A stretch of 64,000 nucleotides of DNA. Source: a bacterium (GTDB lineage: Bacteria; Zhuqueibacterota; Zhuqueibacteria; Residuimicrobiales; Krinioviventaceae). The translations under genes and the position numbers were made by a program. Shown here in pieces: positions 8,267-18,171 of this stretch; positions within the stretch are counted from its first letter, which is position 1, and each line of letters begins with the position of its first letter. The notes under the pieces are model-generated. The model was not told the origin of the DNA. It worked only from the letters and a program-made list of their open reading frames with translations, and did not search any database. The stretch spans positions 2,304,001 through 2,368,000 of the forward strand of contig CAXXMD010000002.1 of NCBI GenBank assembly GCA_963675755.2. The letters run 5' to 3'.

Positions 8267-10210
8267 TTATTTTTCTTTAAAAGAGACAGCTCCACAATCC
8301 GGAATACCGGCAACACTGTACCAGGATTCAAAAAAGTCTTTCAAGCTTCCGGGGTACCATGCGCGTTTAACATTCATCCAGGTGCGTTGATCTCCAACCG
8401 CATAATAGATACAGGTCTTTCCATCAACTTCTATAATATCCGGATCCGAGGCGTTAATTCCTTCATCCAGGCCATCTGTTCTCAACACAGGATTCGCTGC
8501 GCTCAGTTCCCAATGTTTTAAATCTTTTGAACGGGTTACCCAGGTTTCAAACTCCCAGCGAGGGGAACGACTTTCCAGGTACATTACATAATACCAGCCA
8601 TCAACATATCGTATACAGGGACATGCAGTATACCGATTTGTACCAAAAGTTGCATTAGGCAGTTTGGTCCACTGTTTCAAGTCAGAGGATTGTGCAAATT
8701 TCGTTGTAAAAGCAGGATACGCCTTGGTATTGGATTCATATGCCATAACAAATCCATCAGCAGATTTACAAACCGAAGAGTTGAAAAGCCCTTCATTTTC
8801 GCCTTTAACCACAATCCGGGAGTCCCAATGCTTTAGATCTTTTGACTCAATACAGGTAACATCATTCCAGGTACCATTCTCCCAACGGGATGCAAAAAGA
8901 TAAACCGTCTCATCTTCAACCAATATAGAGGCAAGGCCATAACCATACGCACAACGTGCCAGCTCTTCGCCTGTTTCTGCATCCTTTAGTAAAAGATAAT
9001 AATCACTTTTCACACCACCACTGCCAGGGCGAATACTTTCCATATGGCACAACCGCCCTTTCCACATAAAAGGCGAGATTTCGCAAAGGTCCTTTTTCAG
9101 CAGCTGCTCATTCTCAAAAACGGAGGGTTTGCGTGGATCAGGAGGTAAAAGATGATTAAAAACATCCACCGGCCAGTCAGGCAAGCGTAAAAAGCCTTTG
9201 GGCAGCTCCTGTTGAAACTGAACGTATGCTTTTACATCACCATGAGTAGTATAATCAATACTGTCAGCCGATGCCTTGTCTACAATTACACCAAACAGCT
9301 TGTAACCCATCAGGGTACAATCAGTAATATCTACATGCAAAAGATTACCATTCTGAACGCTCTGAATAATCCCGTTTGAAGGCGTTCCATGGGGCTGAGA
9401 AAAATTCAGCACAATCAATCGGCATCTTTCAATTGCCGCATGGGTATAGGTGTGAAATCCGAAATTGCTGGCCTTTAATGCACATTGCGGACTGACCATT
9501 GTACAATCCTCAAATCGCACATCAGGCAACTCAGGCATGGACTCGTTTTCAACACGCACGTACGCGGCTGAAGTATCTCCCCATTCATCCAACGCCCACA
9601 GCCAGCAGTTTTTAAACAAAATGGGTTCATCATGACGGGACAAACAACTTGCAACACCGCCACCAAATGCGCGGCCAATACTGACACAATTTTCTACAAA
9701 TACCGAAAAAGGTTTAACCTGGTCTGTCAAATCAAAAAAGATTCCGCCATCTCCACCAGTGACATATAGATTTTTCAAATGCCAGCGGTCCCAACCTATT
9801 GCTGAGAATGTTGGGTCTGTATGTTCTTTTGACCATCCCTGTGAATTGGATCGTATGGGCCCCCACCAGTCATAACTTTTAAAGCCTTGAAGTTCGGGAT
9901 CACCGGAATCGATTACTACCCAACCACTGGTTCCAGATCCATACTCACCATGAATATCACCAATTAATTGATTATAGCTTCCCTTGGCTCCTTTTTCAGC
10001 GGGATACAGCATGCCTTCAAAATAGGTGTCCGGCCGGATGATAATCTGGTGTCCGCCACTGGAATTGGGGATAGAGTCCAGAGCCTTTTGTACGGATGTA
10101 AATGCTTTCTCCCAGGATGATCCATCTGAATTGCTGCCCAGTTTAGACACATAAATTGTACTAGCCTGAACATTGAACGCAAACAATAAAATTATAGTCC
10201 ATATGCGCAT
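8267..10210 (-). CDS. Secreted two-domain protein: N-terminal parallel beta-helix plus C-terminal five-bladed beta-propeller glycosidase-like domain
   Basis: Signal peptide ending VQA; IYVSKLGSNSDGSSWEKAFTSVQKALD beta-helix cap; repeated S.DLK.W blades, ACPCIRY and NASDPD in the C-terminal half. Confidence 0.65.
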   Translation of the reverse strand: MRIWTIILLFAFNVQASTIYVSKLGSNSDGSSWEKAFTSVQKALDSIPNSSGGHQIIIRPDTYFEGMLYPAEKGAKGSYNQLIGDIHGEYGSGTSGWVVIDSGDPELQGFKSYDWWGPIRSNSQGWSKEHTDPTFSAIGWDRWHLKNLYVTGGDGGIFFDLTDQVKPFSVFVENCVSIGRAFGGGVASCLSRHDEPILFKNCWLWALDEWGDTSAAYVRVENESMPELPDVRFEDCTMVSPQCALKASNFGFHTYTHAAIERCRLIVLNFSQPHGTPSNGIIQSVQNGNLLHVDITDCTLMGYKLFGVIVDKASADSIDYTTHGDVKAYVQFQQELPKGFLRLPDWPVDVFNHLLPPDPRKPSVFENEQLLKKDLCEISPFMWKGRLCHMESIRPGSGGVKSDYYLLLKDAETGEELARCAYGYGLASILVEDETVYLFASRWENGTWNDVTCIESKDLKHWDSRIVVKGENEGLFNSSVCKSADGFVMAYESNTKAYPAFTTKFAQSSDLKQWTKLPNATFGTNRYTACPCIRYVDGWYYVMYLESRSPRWEFETWVTRSKDLKHWELSAANPVLRTDGLDEGINASDPDIIEVDGKTCIYYAVGDQRTWMNVKRAWYPGSLKDFFESWYSVAGIPDCGAVSFKEK

Positions 10211-10228
10211 AATTAATCCCTTATCGTT

Positions 10229-12358
10229 CTAATTATTGACTATACGGTTATACAAAGTTTCATACTCTGTTACCATTTTATTAATAGAGAATTCTTTTAA
10301 TACTTTATTTCTTGCATTTTCAGTTAAATATTGAACAAAACGGTTGTCCTCAATAACTCTTTTAATCAACTCGTACAGTTTTTCAGGATCACCGGGAGGC
10401 ATCAACAGCCCCGAATGTTCATGTTCAATCAATTCAGGAATACCCCCAACCTGGGTGGCAATCACAACCAATCCGGCGGACATGGCCTCCAATATGGAAA
10501 CCGGCATTCCTTCAGACCAGGAAGGCAGACAAAAAATGTCTGCATTTTGATACCAGGGTTTTACGTCTGTATGAAAACCGGCAAACTCGATCATATCCGA
10601 GACGCCCAAAATTTCTACCTGAGACTCTAATTTTCCATTCATATCATCACGACCTAAAAAAACAAATTGAATTGAGGTATTACCTCTGTCTTTGAACAAT
10701 TTGGCCGTTTGCAACAAAGTAATATGACCTTTTATTTTCTTTAAATTGGCAACCGTCAGAACTTTTATCTTACCATCTTTTTTCACTTTAGTAACATCGA
10801 TGGGTTGAATGCCATTATATATTACAGCAACTTTATCAACAGGTAAATTGTATTTTTCTAAAATCTGGTCAGCACCTGTCTTTGTCACGGAAATCCATTG
10901 ACATATATCTTTTTGTGTCACTTTGAACAACCAGGATTTTATCGGATTTTCAAAATCATGAATCCCATGCAGCGTTGAAATTACAGGAACGGATCGCCTG
11001 CGCTTAAAAAAAAGCGTAATAACCTGTGCCGTAATTCCATGGGTTTGTACAAGACCAATCTTATGTTTCTTGATAATCCGGCCAAGTTTGTACAATGAAA
11101 ATGGATTATATAAATTCAGCAAATAACCCGGTACATTATACTTTGCCGCTTCCTGAATTAAAATACCTTCACCCTTTAAACAAACCAGGGTATAATTCAC
11201 TCTATCACTTTTGTGGGCCATCATTTTGAGAACCAGATTTTCAGCACCGCCAATATCACTGGAGGTAGTAACTTGCATTACGTTTACCGGCTTTACTTCC
11301 TTTTGCCCTTTCAAGGCATTTAGCCATTTCACAGCATTTACATCAAAAGAGAATCTATTGCGAACTGTTTCAAGACCGTTTTTGCTGAATCCCTCATAGA
11401 TCTCAGCATCCTGAATCAAGGATATTAAACATATCTCCCATTCATCCAAACTGGTAGCAAGGTACCCATTCTCTCCATGCTGAATTATCTCTTTATTGAA
11501 TCCCACTGCCGATGCGACAACAGGAACGCCTGCGGTCATGTACTGCAATAGCTTGTAGCCCGCTTTTCCCCGCGTCCAAGGATTATCTGGCAGGGGCATA
11601 ACGCCAATATCAAAGGATTGAAGGTATTGCCACTCATCTTTTTTGTTCCACGGCAGACATTCAACATTCAAACCGGGCACATAAAAGCCCTCAACGCCTA
11701 CCAAACGAAAAACAATTTCAAAAGATTCGCTCAAACGCTTCAATACAGGAATAATTTCATTCAAATATTCCCGGGTTGAATTACTGCCAATCCAACCGAT
11801 TACTATTGGGCCATCCTTGAACCTTTTGGGCCTTGTACTAACTAGCGGATCAATACAGGTTGGAACAACCGTAACATTGGAATTATATTTTTTTGCAAAT
11901 GCTTCAAGATAAGGTGTGCTGGTTATAACTGCATCACAATTGCTGATAATTTTTTCTACAGATTTAAAATAGAGAATCAGTCGTTTGAACAGGGTTTTCT
12001 TTTTATAATATTCAAAAATAGCATCATCAAAATCAAAAACGCTATAACGTGCCAGACGTACAATCAATTTATCCAACAATGGATAAAAATAAGGCAAGGT
12101 CTCTCTTTGCAGTACAACAATATCATATTTTTTCAATTGTGGCAAAACTACAATACGGTCAAGTACCTTGAGTAGAAACCATAAAATCTTGTTAAAATAA
12201 GTTGGATGTGAATGATAGACACGATCCAGTTTTTCCGGTACGCCCGGACGTACAGTATATTTTATATTCTCTTTATCGAGATAGCCTAGCCATTCGTAAA
12301 CTCTGGCCCGACTTGATGCCCCCTGGACAGTTGTCTGGGTGAGAAAGAGAATATGCAT
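10229..12358 (-). CDS. Tandem double GT4 glycosyltransferase
   Basis: Two GT-B units: FDFDDAIF ... GKAGYKLLQYMTAGVPVVAS, and GGAE ... PSWSEGMPVSILEAMSAG. Confidence 0.9.
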   Translation of the reverse strand: MHILFLTQTTVQGASSRARVYEWLGYLDKENIKYTVRPGVPEKLDRVYHSHPTYFNKILWFLLKVLDRIVVLPQLKKYDIVVLQRETLPYFYPLLDKLIVRLARYSVFDFDDAIFEYYKKKTLFKRLILYFKSVEKIISNCDAVITSTPYLEAFAKKYNSNVTVVPTCIDPLVSTRPKRFKDGPIVIGWIGSNSTREYLNEIIPVLKRLSESFEIVFRLVGVEGFYVPGLNVECLPWNKKDEWQYLQSFDIGVMPLPDNPWTRGKAGYKLLQYMTAGVPVVASAVGFNKEIIQHGENGYLATSLDEWEICLISLIQDAEIYEGFSKNGLETVRNRFSFDVNAVKWLNALKGQKEVKPVNVMQVTTSSDIGGAENLVLKMMAHKSDRVNYTLVCLKGEGILIQEAAKYNVPGYLLNLYNPFSLYKLGRIIKKHKIGLVQTHGITAQVITLFFKRRRSVPVISTLHGIHDFENPIKSWLFKVTQKDICQWISVTKTGADQILEKYNLPVDKVAVIYNGIQPIDVTKVKKDGKIKVLTVANLKKIKGHITLLQTAKLFKDRGNTSIQFVFLGRDDMNGKLESQVEILGVSDMIEFAGFHTDVKPWYQNADIFCLPSWSEGMPVSILEAMSAGLVVIATQVGGIPELIEHEHSGLLMPPGDPEKLYELIKRVIEDNRFVQYLTENARNKVLKEFSINKMVTEYETLYNRIVNN

Positions 12359-12445
12359 ATTTTACTCCAAACTGAAAGCTAATATACTTAAAATTTGTAT
12401 TTATGCAAAACAATCTTTCACAATGAATTTATTTACGATGAAAAT

Positions 12446-12937
12446 TTAATCCGATATCCCCATTTCACTCAATATTTTCTCTGCAGTTAAAACTTGCTGG
12501 CAGGGCACCATAACTTTGTATTCATTGACATTAACACGATTGGTATCTCCGGCGATACGATATAATGTATAGTCAGAGCTGCCTAAATGCAATGGGTTGG
12601 ACTTTCGCGAGTATAAAAACGGATGCAGTCCTGATGATTCCAGGTTCTCTTTAACATATTCTGCCTGAGCAAGATCAGAAACGCCATACACTTTGGCCAT
12701 GCCTTCAACAATCTCATAATGACTATGCTGGTTGCACAAGAATTTTCCATTTACCCGGCTGGCACAGCGTTTACAGAATGCTTTACAACAGATAATACAC
12801 ACCCCTTCTGCCGGTTCAGAATAATGGGTATCACACAATACTCCATCAACAAACAAAGCCCCACAATCGGGACAAAATTCATCATCAACATTTCCCTCAT
12901 TCTCACAAATCGGGCAATACAAAGCTTCTTTACTCAT
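12446..12937 (-). CDS. Zinc-ribbon/B-box-like protein with a C-terminal DUF2007-like domain
   Basis: CPIC...CPDCG; CDTH...CIICCKAFCKRC...CNQH; then AEYVKENLESSGL ... KVMVP..Q...AEKIL. Confidence 0.7.
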   Translation of the reverse strand: MSKEALYCPICENEGNVDDEFCPDCGALFVDGVLCDTHYSEPAEGVCIICCKAFCKRCASRVNGKFLCNQHSHYEIVEGMAKVYGVSDLAQAEYVKENLESSGLHPFLYSRKSNPLHLGSSDYTLYRIAGDTNRVNVNEYKVMVPCQQVLTAEKILSEMGISD

Positions 12938-13039
12938 AATAATCCCTTTTATCAGAGAGACACCTTTACAATAAATTAATTCATCATGTATGAACAGGAT
13001 TGTTATGATAAAGATAAAATTTGCATTTTCAAAACAAAA

Positions 13040-15664
13040 TCAAGCAAGAATTTGGGGCTTTTCAATTACACCATTATTTTGTATTTGTTTTAAAAGGTAA
13101 TCCAGATTTAATACAATTAATATTTCAGAGGTATCAGAGCCTTTTGAAGGTTTTACAATACAATCAACAAGCTCGTTTTCATCCAACACAGATTGTTCTC
13201 TGTCTATATTCTCATTATTTACCCTGGGGATTTGCCCAAGTGCATCTACAACAAGCCCAACCTTAACTTTCTGCTTGTTCTCCAAAGTTAATTCCACAAC
13301 AACTATTGATGCCCTGGCAGGATCAACAGCATTTGTTGCATTCAGCAATTGATGTAACGAAATCACAAAAATCACCTGATCGTCAAATAAAGTTTTTCCA
13401 CTGATCAGGGAGTGCATCCCCGGCATACCTGTAACATTCTTGTATTCGATAGCTTTACATACATCAGAAGCGTTTATTCCGAACCAATTTCCTCCAATAT
13501 AAAATGTTGCCAGATCCGTAGTATCTTTAGTATTAACAGTAGATGCCTGATTATCAAAACTAACATGTTTATTTAATTGTTTGACCATCGAGTCTTTGAC
13601 CGGTGCAACAGGGTAAAATACGAGTCCAACTACATCATAAACATAACCGTCATTGACCTTGTATTCTCTGTATCCCGCACTTGTACACGCTCCAACTGCA
13701 TAATATTTATTGTTCAAAACAACAATCTTGGAGGTCTTTTCACCATTGTTCAAAGCAAGTAAGGTAGGATCAATTTCAATCTTGTCGCCGGGTTGATAAT
13801 CCAATGTGGTAGAGCTAATAACAGAACCATGGCGGTTGGTAAATAAACCGAAACTGCCTTCTCTGGCATTACCTTTATCATCTTTTGATAGTGAATCATT
13901 CAACATTGCAGAAAATTGAGGCGTACTGTCAAACACAATACCAATACCACCCAAAACAATTGACGAGTTTGTTAATTCTGTAATAGCTGCGCCATAAATA
14001 AATGTGTGTTCCTGATTATAAAGATCAGTTTTTTCAAAGTCAGACACAGCAAATTTTTGACTGTCCCTGATTGATAATGTTTCTTTGACCCAGGCATGAT
14101 CCAGATGCGTTCCCACCAACTGACTTTGTTCAGAATCAGAAACTGCCAGTATCTTTCCCTGCTTGTCAAAAACAAATAAATTCGTATAGACGGTATATAA
14201 ATTATTAATATATTTTAAAATATTCGTAATGGTTTCCAAGTTTTGGGAGTTTAGAGAATCAAGGGCTAATAGACGCTTGAACTCTGAAGTCAATGCCCAC
14301 CATCTGCAATCATTTGCACGTTCATACAAATTCCGGTCCATAATATCAACAGCTAAAGCAGCTTGAAATTCTACATCCTGTAAAATGGATGAAATAACGG
14401 TTTCATAAAGGTTATCAATAGAATCTTTAAATACGGACTTTGTACGTTCCCCGGCGTTTGAAATACTCCACAATAGTACTTTGGTAGAATCGTTTTTTTC
14501 ATCAACATTGCCATTCCATACAGTCCGCTCTAATTCAGATTGTATCAATTCCGCTTTTAAAGGTATATTTCTTAATTCGTTTGAAAACAATTGTGATGAA
14601 GACAAAACCTGTGACAAGGTTGTTTTGTCAATCCGTTTTTCAAGGTCCTTTGTATCTGCCTGCGCAAAAGCATGCTGCAGAGGAAGCATAACATGCCCAA
14701 ACCAGCCCAAGCCCATATACCCCTCATATCCCCCAGTCTCACATGTTTTAGCTAAATACTCACGACCGGCAAATCTGGCTATATTAAAATCACCATCCAG
14801 AGCCAACTCCATTTGGGCGCCAATTCTGATATGCTCTTCATCTGAACTTGCAATCACTTTTCCCGTTTTGTCTAAAAGTGTTAAAACGCCCCACTCTTTA
14901 GCATTGTGCAGCTTGGAAAAGATGCCTTTCATTTCATTCTGAAACCGGAAACACAGGGCCAAAACACCAATGGATTTTGCCTGACTGTTATTACTTTCCT
15001 GAATTCGATACGCATAGATTAATGAATCCCCTTCTCCCGGGAGTAAATCCGTTTCCCGATAAATCTCAACATATTCTTTGCTTGTTGAAAGCGCATCCTG
15101 AATGAATGAATCATTAGAGTGTTGTACATTATAATTCTGATCTAACCGGGCTTTGACATTCCCATGAGTATCAAGGAGTATGATATCAAAATAAACAGAA
15201 TATTTGGCCACATATTCTTTAAAACGTTGAATTATATGAGAGTGATTAAATTCAAGTGTAGAGTGGTTTTGATCATTCAGATCATTGTCAGTGTGAGATA
15301 AAAAAGCACGAATATCATCATCTGTGGAAAGGAACCCGATATCTGCAGTACGTTCAAACAGGTTTCGTATTACAATATCAACAACTACCTGGGCTTTGGC
15401 TTTAATATTTTGTACCGTCTTTCTTAATGTTTCTAAACCCAGTTGCCCCAACAATTGAAAAGTTAGTTCCTGAAAACTCTGTTGAGTACTGCTCATGTCA
15501 GTACCCATGTTATTCATTTTACCCAGAATCGTAAACAGGTCCCATTGCCCCCCAAGATTTGACAACTCTTCCCGGTATCGTTCCACGTCCGGCATATGAT
15601 TAACCAATCCTTCCAATTTTGCCGGTATTTTCACAGTTTTGTAAATAAACTCATGTTCCTGCAT
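13040..15664 (-). CDS. Large soluble protein with duplicated Cache-like sensor repeats and a C-terminal CheW-like domain
   Basis: Internal repeats RNLFERTAD and RNLYERAND; C-terminal LATFYIGGNWFGI ... VGLVVDALGQI (CheW-like); GGAGGAG RBS; no clear TM segment. Confidence 0.8.
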   Translation of the reverse strand: MQEHEFIYKTVKIPAKLEGLVNHMPDVERYREELSNLGGQWDLFTILGKMNNMGTDMSSTQQSFQELTFQLLGQLGLETLRKTVQNIKAKAQVVVDIVIRNLFERTADIGFLSTDDDIRAFLSHTDNDLNDQNHSTLEFNHSHIIQRFKEYVAKYSVYFDIILLDTHGNVKARLDQNYNVQHSNDSFIQDALSTSKEYVEIYRETDLLPGEGDSLIYAYRIQESNNSQAKSIGVLALCFRFQNEMKGIFSKLHNAKEWGVLTLLDKTGKVIASSDEEHIRIGAQMELALDGDFNIARFAGREYLAKTCETGGYEGYMGLGWFGHVMLPLQHAFAQADTKDLEKRIDKTTLSQVLSSSQLFSNELRNIPLKAELIQSELERTVWNGNVDEKNDSTKVLLWSISNAGERTKSVFKDSIDNLYETVISSILQDVEFQAALAVDIMDRNLYERANDCRWWALTSEFKRLLALDSLNSQNLETITNILKYINNLYTVYTNLFVFDKQGKILAVSDSEQSQLVGTHLDHAWVKETLSIRDSQKFAVSDFEKTDLYNQEHTFIYGAAITELTNSSIVLGGIGIVFDSTPQFSAMLNDSLSKDDKGNAREGSFGLFTNRHGSVISSTTLDYQPGDKIEIDPTLLALNNGEKTSKIVVLNNKYYAVGACTSAGYREYKVNDGYVYDVVGLVFYPVAPVKDSMVKQLNKHVSFDNQASTVNTKDTTDLATFYIGGNWFGINASDVCKAIEYKNVTGMPGMHSLISGKTLFDDQVIFVISLHQLLNATNAVDPARASIVVVELTLENKQKVKVGLVVDALGQIPRVNNENIDREQSVLDENELVDCIVKPSKGSDTSEILIVLNLDYLLKQIQNNGVIEKPQILA

Positions 15665-16015
15665 ATCTCCTCCAAACTCGTACGGACATTTTTCAACAAC
15701 TAGAAAGATAGACTTTAGGAATAAGGCAAAAGACGGGGTAATTTTGCGTTAATACAAAAGGTCAAAATCATGTTATATAATTCTAACAGTGGTCGTGATG
15801 TATATGAATAGATAGCTTCAAAAGTCATTTAAAACAAACCTATACATAGCTATATTTTAAATAGCAATTTTAAAGCCAAAGAATTTAATCAAATAGCTTG
15901 AGGCAAAATAATACAATAAAACATTACTTTTATACAAAAACAAATCAGACGTATTATTAAAATCAAATAGTAAATGTATTTATTTGTTTAGGGATGGAGA
16001 TCAAACTAGTTCTGA

Positions 16016-16888
16016 CTAGTTTGTGTCGGTGGAAGTAAATGCCGGGTAATTTCTTAAAACATTTAAAATTTCTCTTTGAAGATTTTCGTCTTGTTTATCT
16101 CGTTCACGATATACCGACTGCTCAGCCTGATAGCGCCCCCCACGATAAAACCGGTCTGTTATAAACAAATAATACCAAACAGCACCACTAGTATCTCCTG
16201 TTGCTAATAATGAAATATTGGCAGTCAAATTTATACAATTCAGTATCAACGAATTTGCAAAATTTTTGTACTCTCCCGCATACAGCTGTCCACTTCCGGG
16301 AATAAATGTTGACAACCATTTGGCTATATTTGGATTTTTTGTTTTAATCGTCTCAGCTTTTTGTAAAATTCTATTCAATTCGGGTAAGCATTCTGTATCA
16401 TTTAAACGGTTATAATCACATAAAAACTCGTTTGCCTTTTGCCAGTTTTTAGCATAAACAGCAGAAATAAACAACAAAAAATAAATATTTTTTCTTTTCA
16501 CATCATTAAAAGGCTTTTGTAGTAAAGATAACAATTCCAATTGTGCAAGGCTGTAATTTTCCAAAACAATATAGCTAGAAGCTTTTGCTGTAATGATTTC
16601 AAATAACTGATCATCGCTTCTAATATAGTGCTGGGCTGTATTAAACATTTCAATAGATTTTGTATAGTCTCCCAATTCTCTATAACATAAACCCATTTTG
16701 TAGTAAACCTGTCCCAATAGATCTGGCTCCTTAGAAAAGCACAATACTCTATGCAATTCTTTTAAAGCATCATGATAATTGTTTTGATCTACCAAATAGT
16801 CACTAAAAACAATAACATCATTCAAACCGGATTGTGCAAAACACTGAACAGCTAAAAGAACAATACTATGGATTAAAAACTTTTTCAA
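16016..16888 (-). CDS. Secreted TPR protein with a C-terminal TM2/DUF5683-like hydrophobic domain
   Basis: Likely TTG start at 16888 giving signal KKFLIHSIVLLAVQCFA; TPR motif VYYKMGLCYRELGDYTKSIEMF; tail KNPNIAKWLSTFIPGSGQLYAG. Confidence 0.75.
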   Translation of the reverse strand: MKKFLIHSIVLLAVQCFAQSGLNDVIVFSDYLVDQNNYHDALKELHRVLCFSKEPDLLGQVYYKMGLCYRELGDYTKSIEMFNTAQHYIRSDDQLFEIITAKASSYIVLENYSLAQLELLSLLQKPFNDVKRKNIYFLLFISAVYAKNWQKANEFLCDYNRLNDTECLPELNRILQKAETIKTKNPNIAKWLSTFIPGSGQLYAGEYKNFANSLILNCINLTANISLLATGDTSGAVWYYLFITDRFYRGGRYQAEQSVYRERDKQDENLQREILNVLRNYPAFTSTDTN

Positions 16889-17735
16889 CAGAAACCCTAA
16901 TTCTATGATCAAACTGGTTATTAATTTCAATATTCTGGACTTTGACTGTAACAGCAGATCCATAAATATTACCCAGATAAAAAACAGTACCAAGACTACC
17001 AAACAACCATCCCTTAACTGAATGACTTCCATTGTCTGAGAATGAACTAAATGATTGCCATGACAATACTCCAACAAGTAAAAGTGTAGAAATGCCATCA
17101 ATGTTACGTCCGGCATAAACTTTACCCAAGCCTGGTAAAAATGCAGACAATATTCCCGCCTTAACCGGGCTTTTCATGGGTAAATTGGGTCCAATTTGTA
17201 GCAATTGTTTAAAATCATTAATAGAAAAATGTTGGATATCATCCAAACGATGCAAGTGCTTTTGTGCTTTTATCCATTTCTTTTCGGTCATATAATTTGC
17301 AGCTATCAATAATTCTTTTTCTATTTTCACATTATTATTATTAACCTGTTCCAAATACGTAATGGATTTTTCATTCTGATTCAAATGAAAATAAATATAT
17401 CCGGTCTGCAGTAAAGCATTATTATAAACCAGATTATTACTTTTATGAATAGCCCTAAATTTATTTAAAGCATTTTGATATTTTTGGGTATACTTGAAGC
17501 ACATTCCGATTTGGAACGTTATGCTGTCCACATCGCACTTTGATTCATTTTCACATAAATAAAGATAACGTTCATACTCAGAGATTGCAAATTGGTAATC
17601 CTGATTTTCATATAGATAATTTGCAAATTTCATTGTATTCGCTGGAGTATAGTAATCATAAAAATCCATATCTTGCGCGCAAACACGTATTACTGAAAAT
17701 ATTATTATTATACTAAAAAGATGCTTAATGCTCAT
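16866..17735 (-). CDS. Secreted TPR protein with a C-terminal TM2/DUF5683-like domain; paralogue of the neighbouring gene
   Basis: Signal peptide ending VCA-Q; TPR FANYLYENQDYQFAISEYERY; KSPVKAGILSAFLPGLGKVYAG followed by hydrophobic helices. Confidence 0.8.
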   Translation of the reverse strand: MSIKHLFSIIIIFSVIRVCAQDMDFYDYYTPANTMKFANYLYENQDYQFAISEYERYLYLCENESKCDVDSITFQIGMCFKYTQKYQNALNKFRAIHKSNNLVYNNALLQTGYIYFHLNQNEKSITYLEQVNNNNVKIEKELLIAANYMTEKKWIKAQKHLHRLDDIQHFSINDFKQLLQIGPNLPMKSPVKAGILSAFLPGLGKVYAGRNIDGISTLLLVGVLSWQSFSSFSDNGSHSVKGWLFGSLGTVFYLGNIYGSAVTVKVQNIEINNQFDHRIRVSVEKVFNP

Positions 17736-18171
17736 GTAGCTTCCCCTTTAAAACTATTTGATAATATAAAATATCATCAATAGCTTTTCCGGTCACAGGA
17801 TCAATCTCATAATATTTCAAAGCAATATCATTACAACGAACCAACCGGTCTGCGGTTAATAGAATCCCCGTAAAAACCCCTCTTTGTTTAATAGCCATAT
17901 AACCAAAATTTGAACAACTGACATTAAAATTACATGTTGGCTTGTCCTGAGGAGAAATAAAATTTTGATACACTTTGATTGCTCCCTTTGGTAAAAGCTT
18001 TATCAGCGATAAATCTTCAATTGGGGATTCATTAGAAGCCTTGATATCTGAAGAAGGATGACTTTTAAGGATGAATTGTATATTATTATCATAGGGAAAA
18101 CAGATTGCCGTTGTAAATAATAAACTTGACAAACATATTGCCCATATAAATTTAAAGTTAACATTTACCAT
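17725..18171 (-). CDS. yidD: YidD-family (membrane protein insertion efficiency factor) protein with an N-terminal hydrophobic extension
   Basis: YQNFISP...CNFNVSCS...AI...G...G....DRLVRCN, the three-Cys YidD signature. Not in the rpmH-rnpA-yidC context. Confidence 0.8.
   Translation of the reverse strand: MVNVNFKFIWAICLSSLLFTTAICFPYDNNIQFILKSHPSSDIKASNESPIEDLSLIKLLPKGAIKVYQNFISPQDKPTCNFNVSCSNFGYMAIKQRGVFTGILLTADRLVRCNDIALKYYEIDPVTGKAIDDILYYQIVLKGKLHEH

Noticed and set aside
16889-17116. N-terminal 76 aa of the 366 aa ORF as called in the track
   Set aside because: Overlaps the upstream TPR gene in another frame. A TTG at 16888 gives a clean signal peptide.
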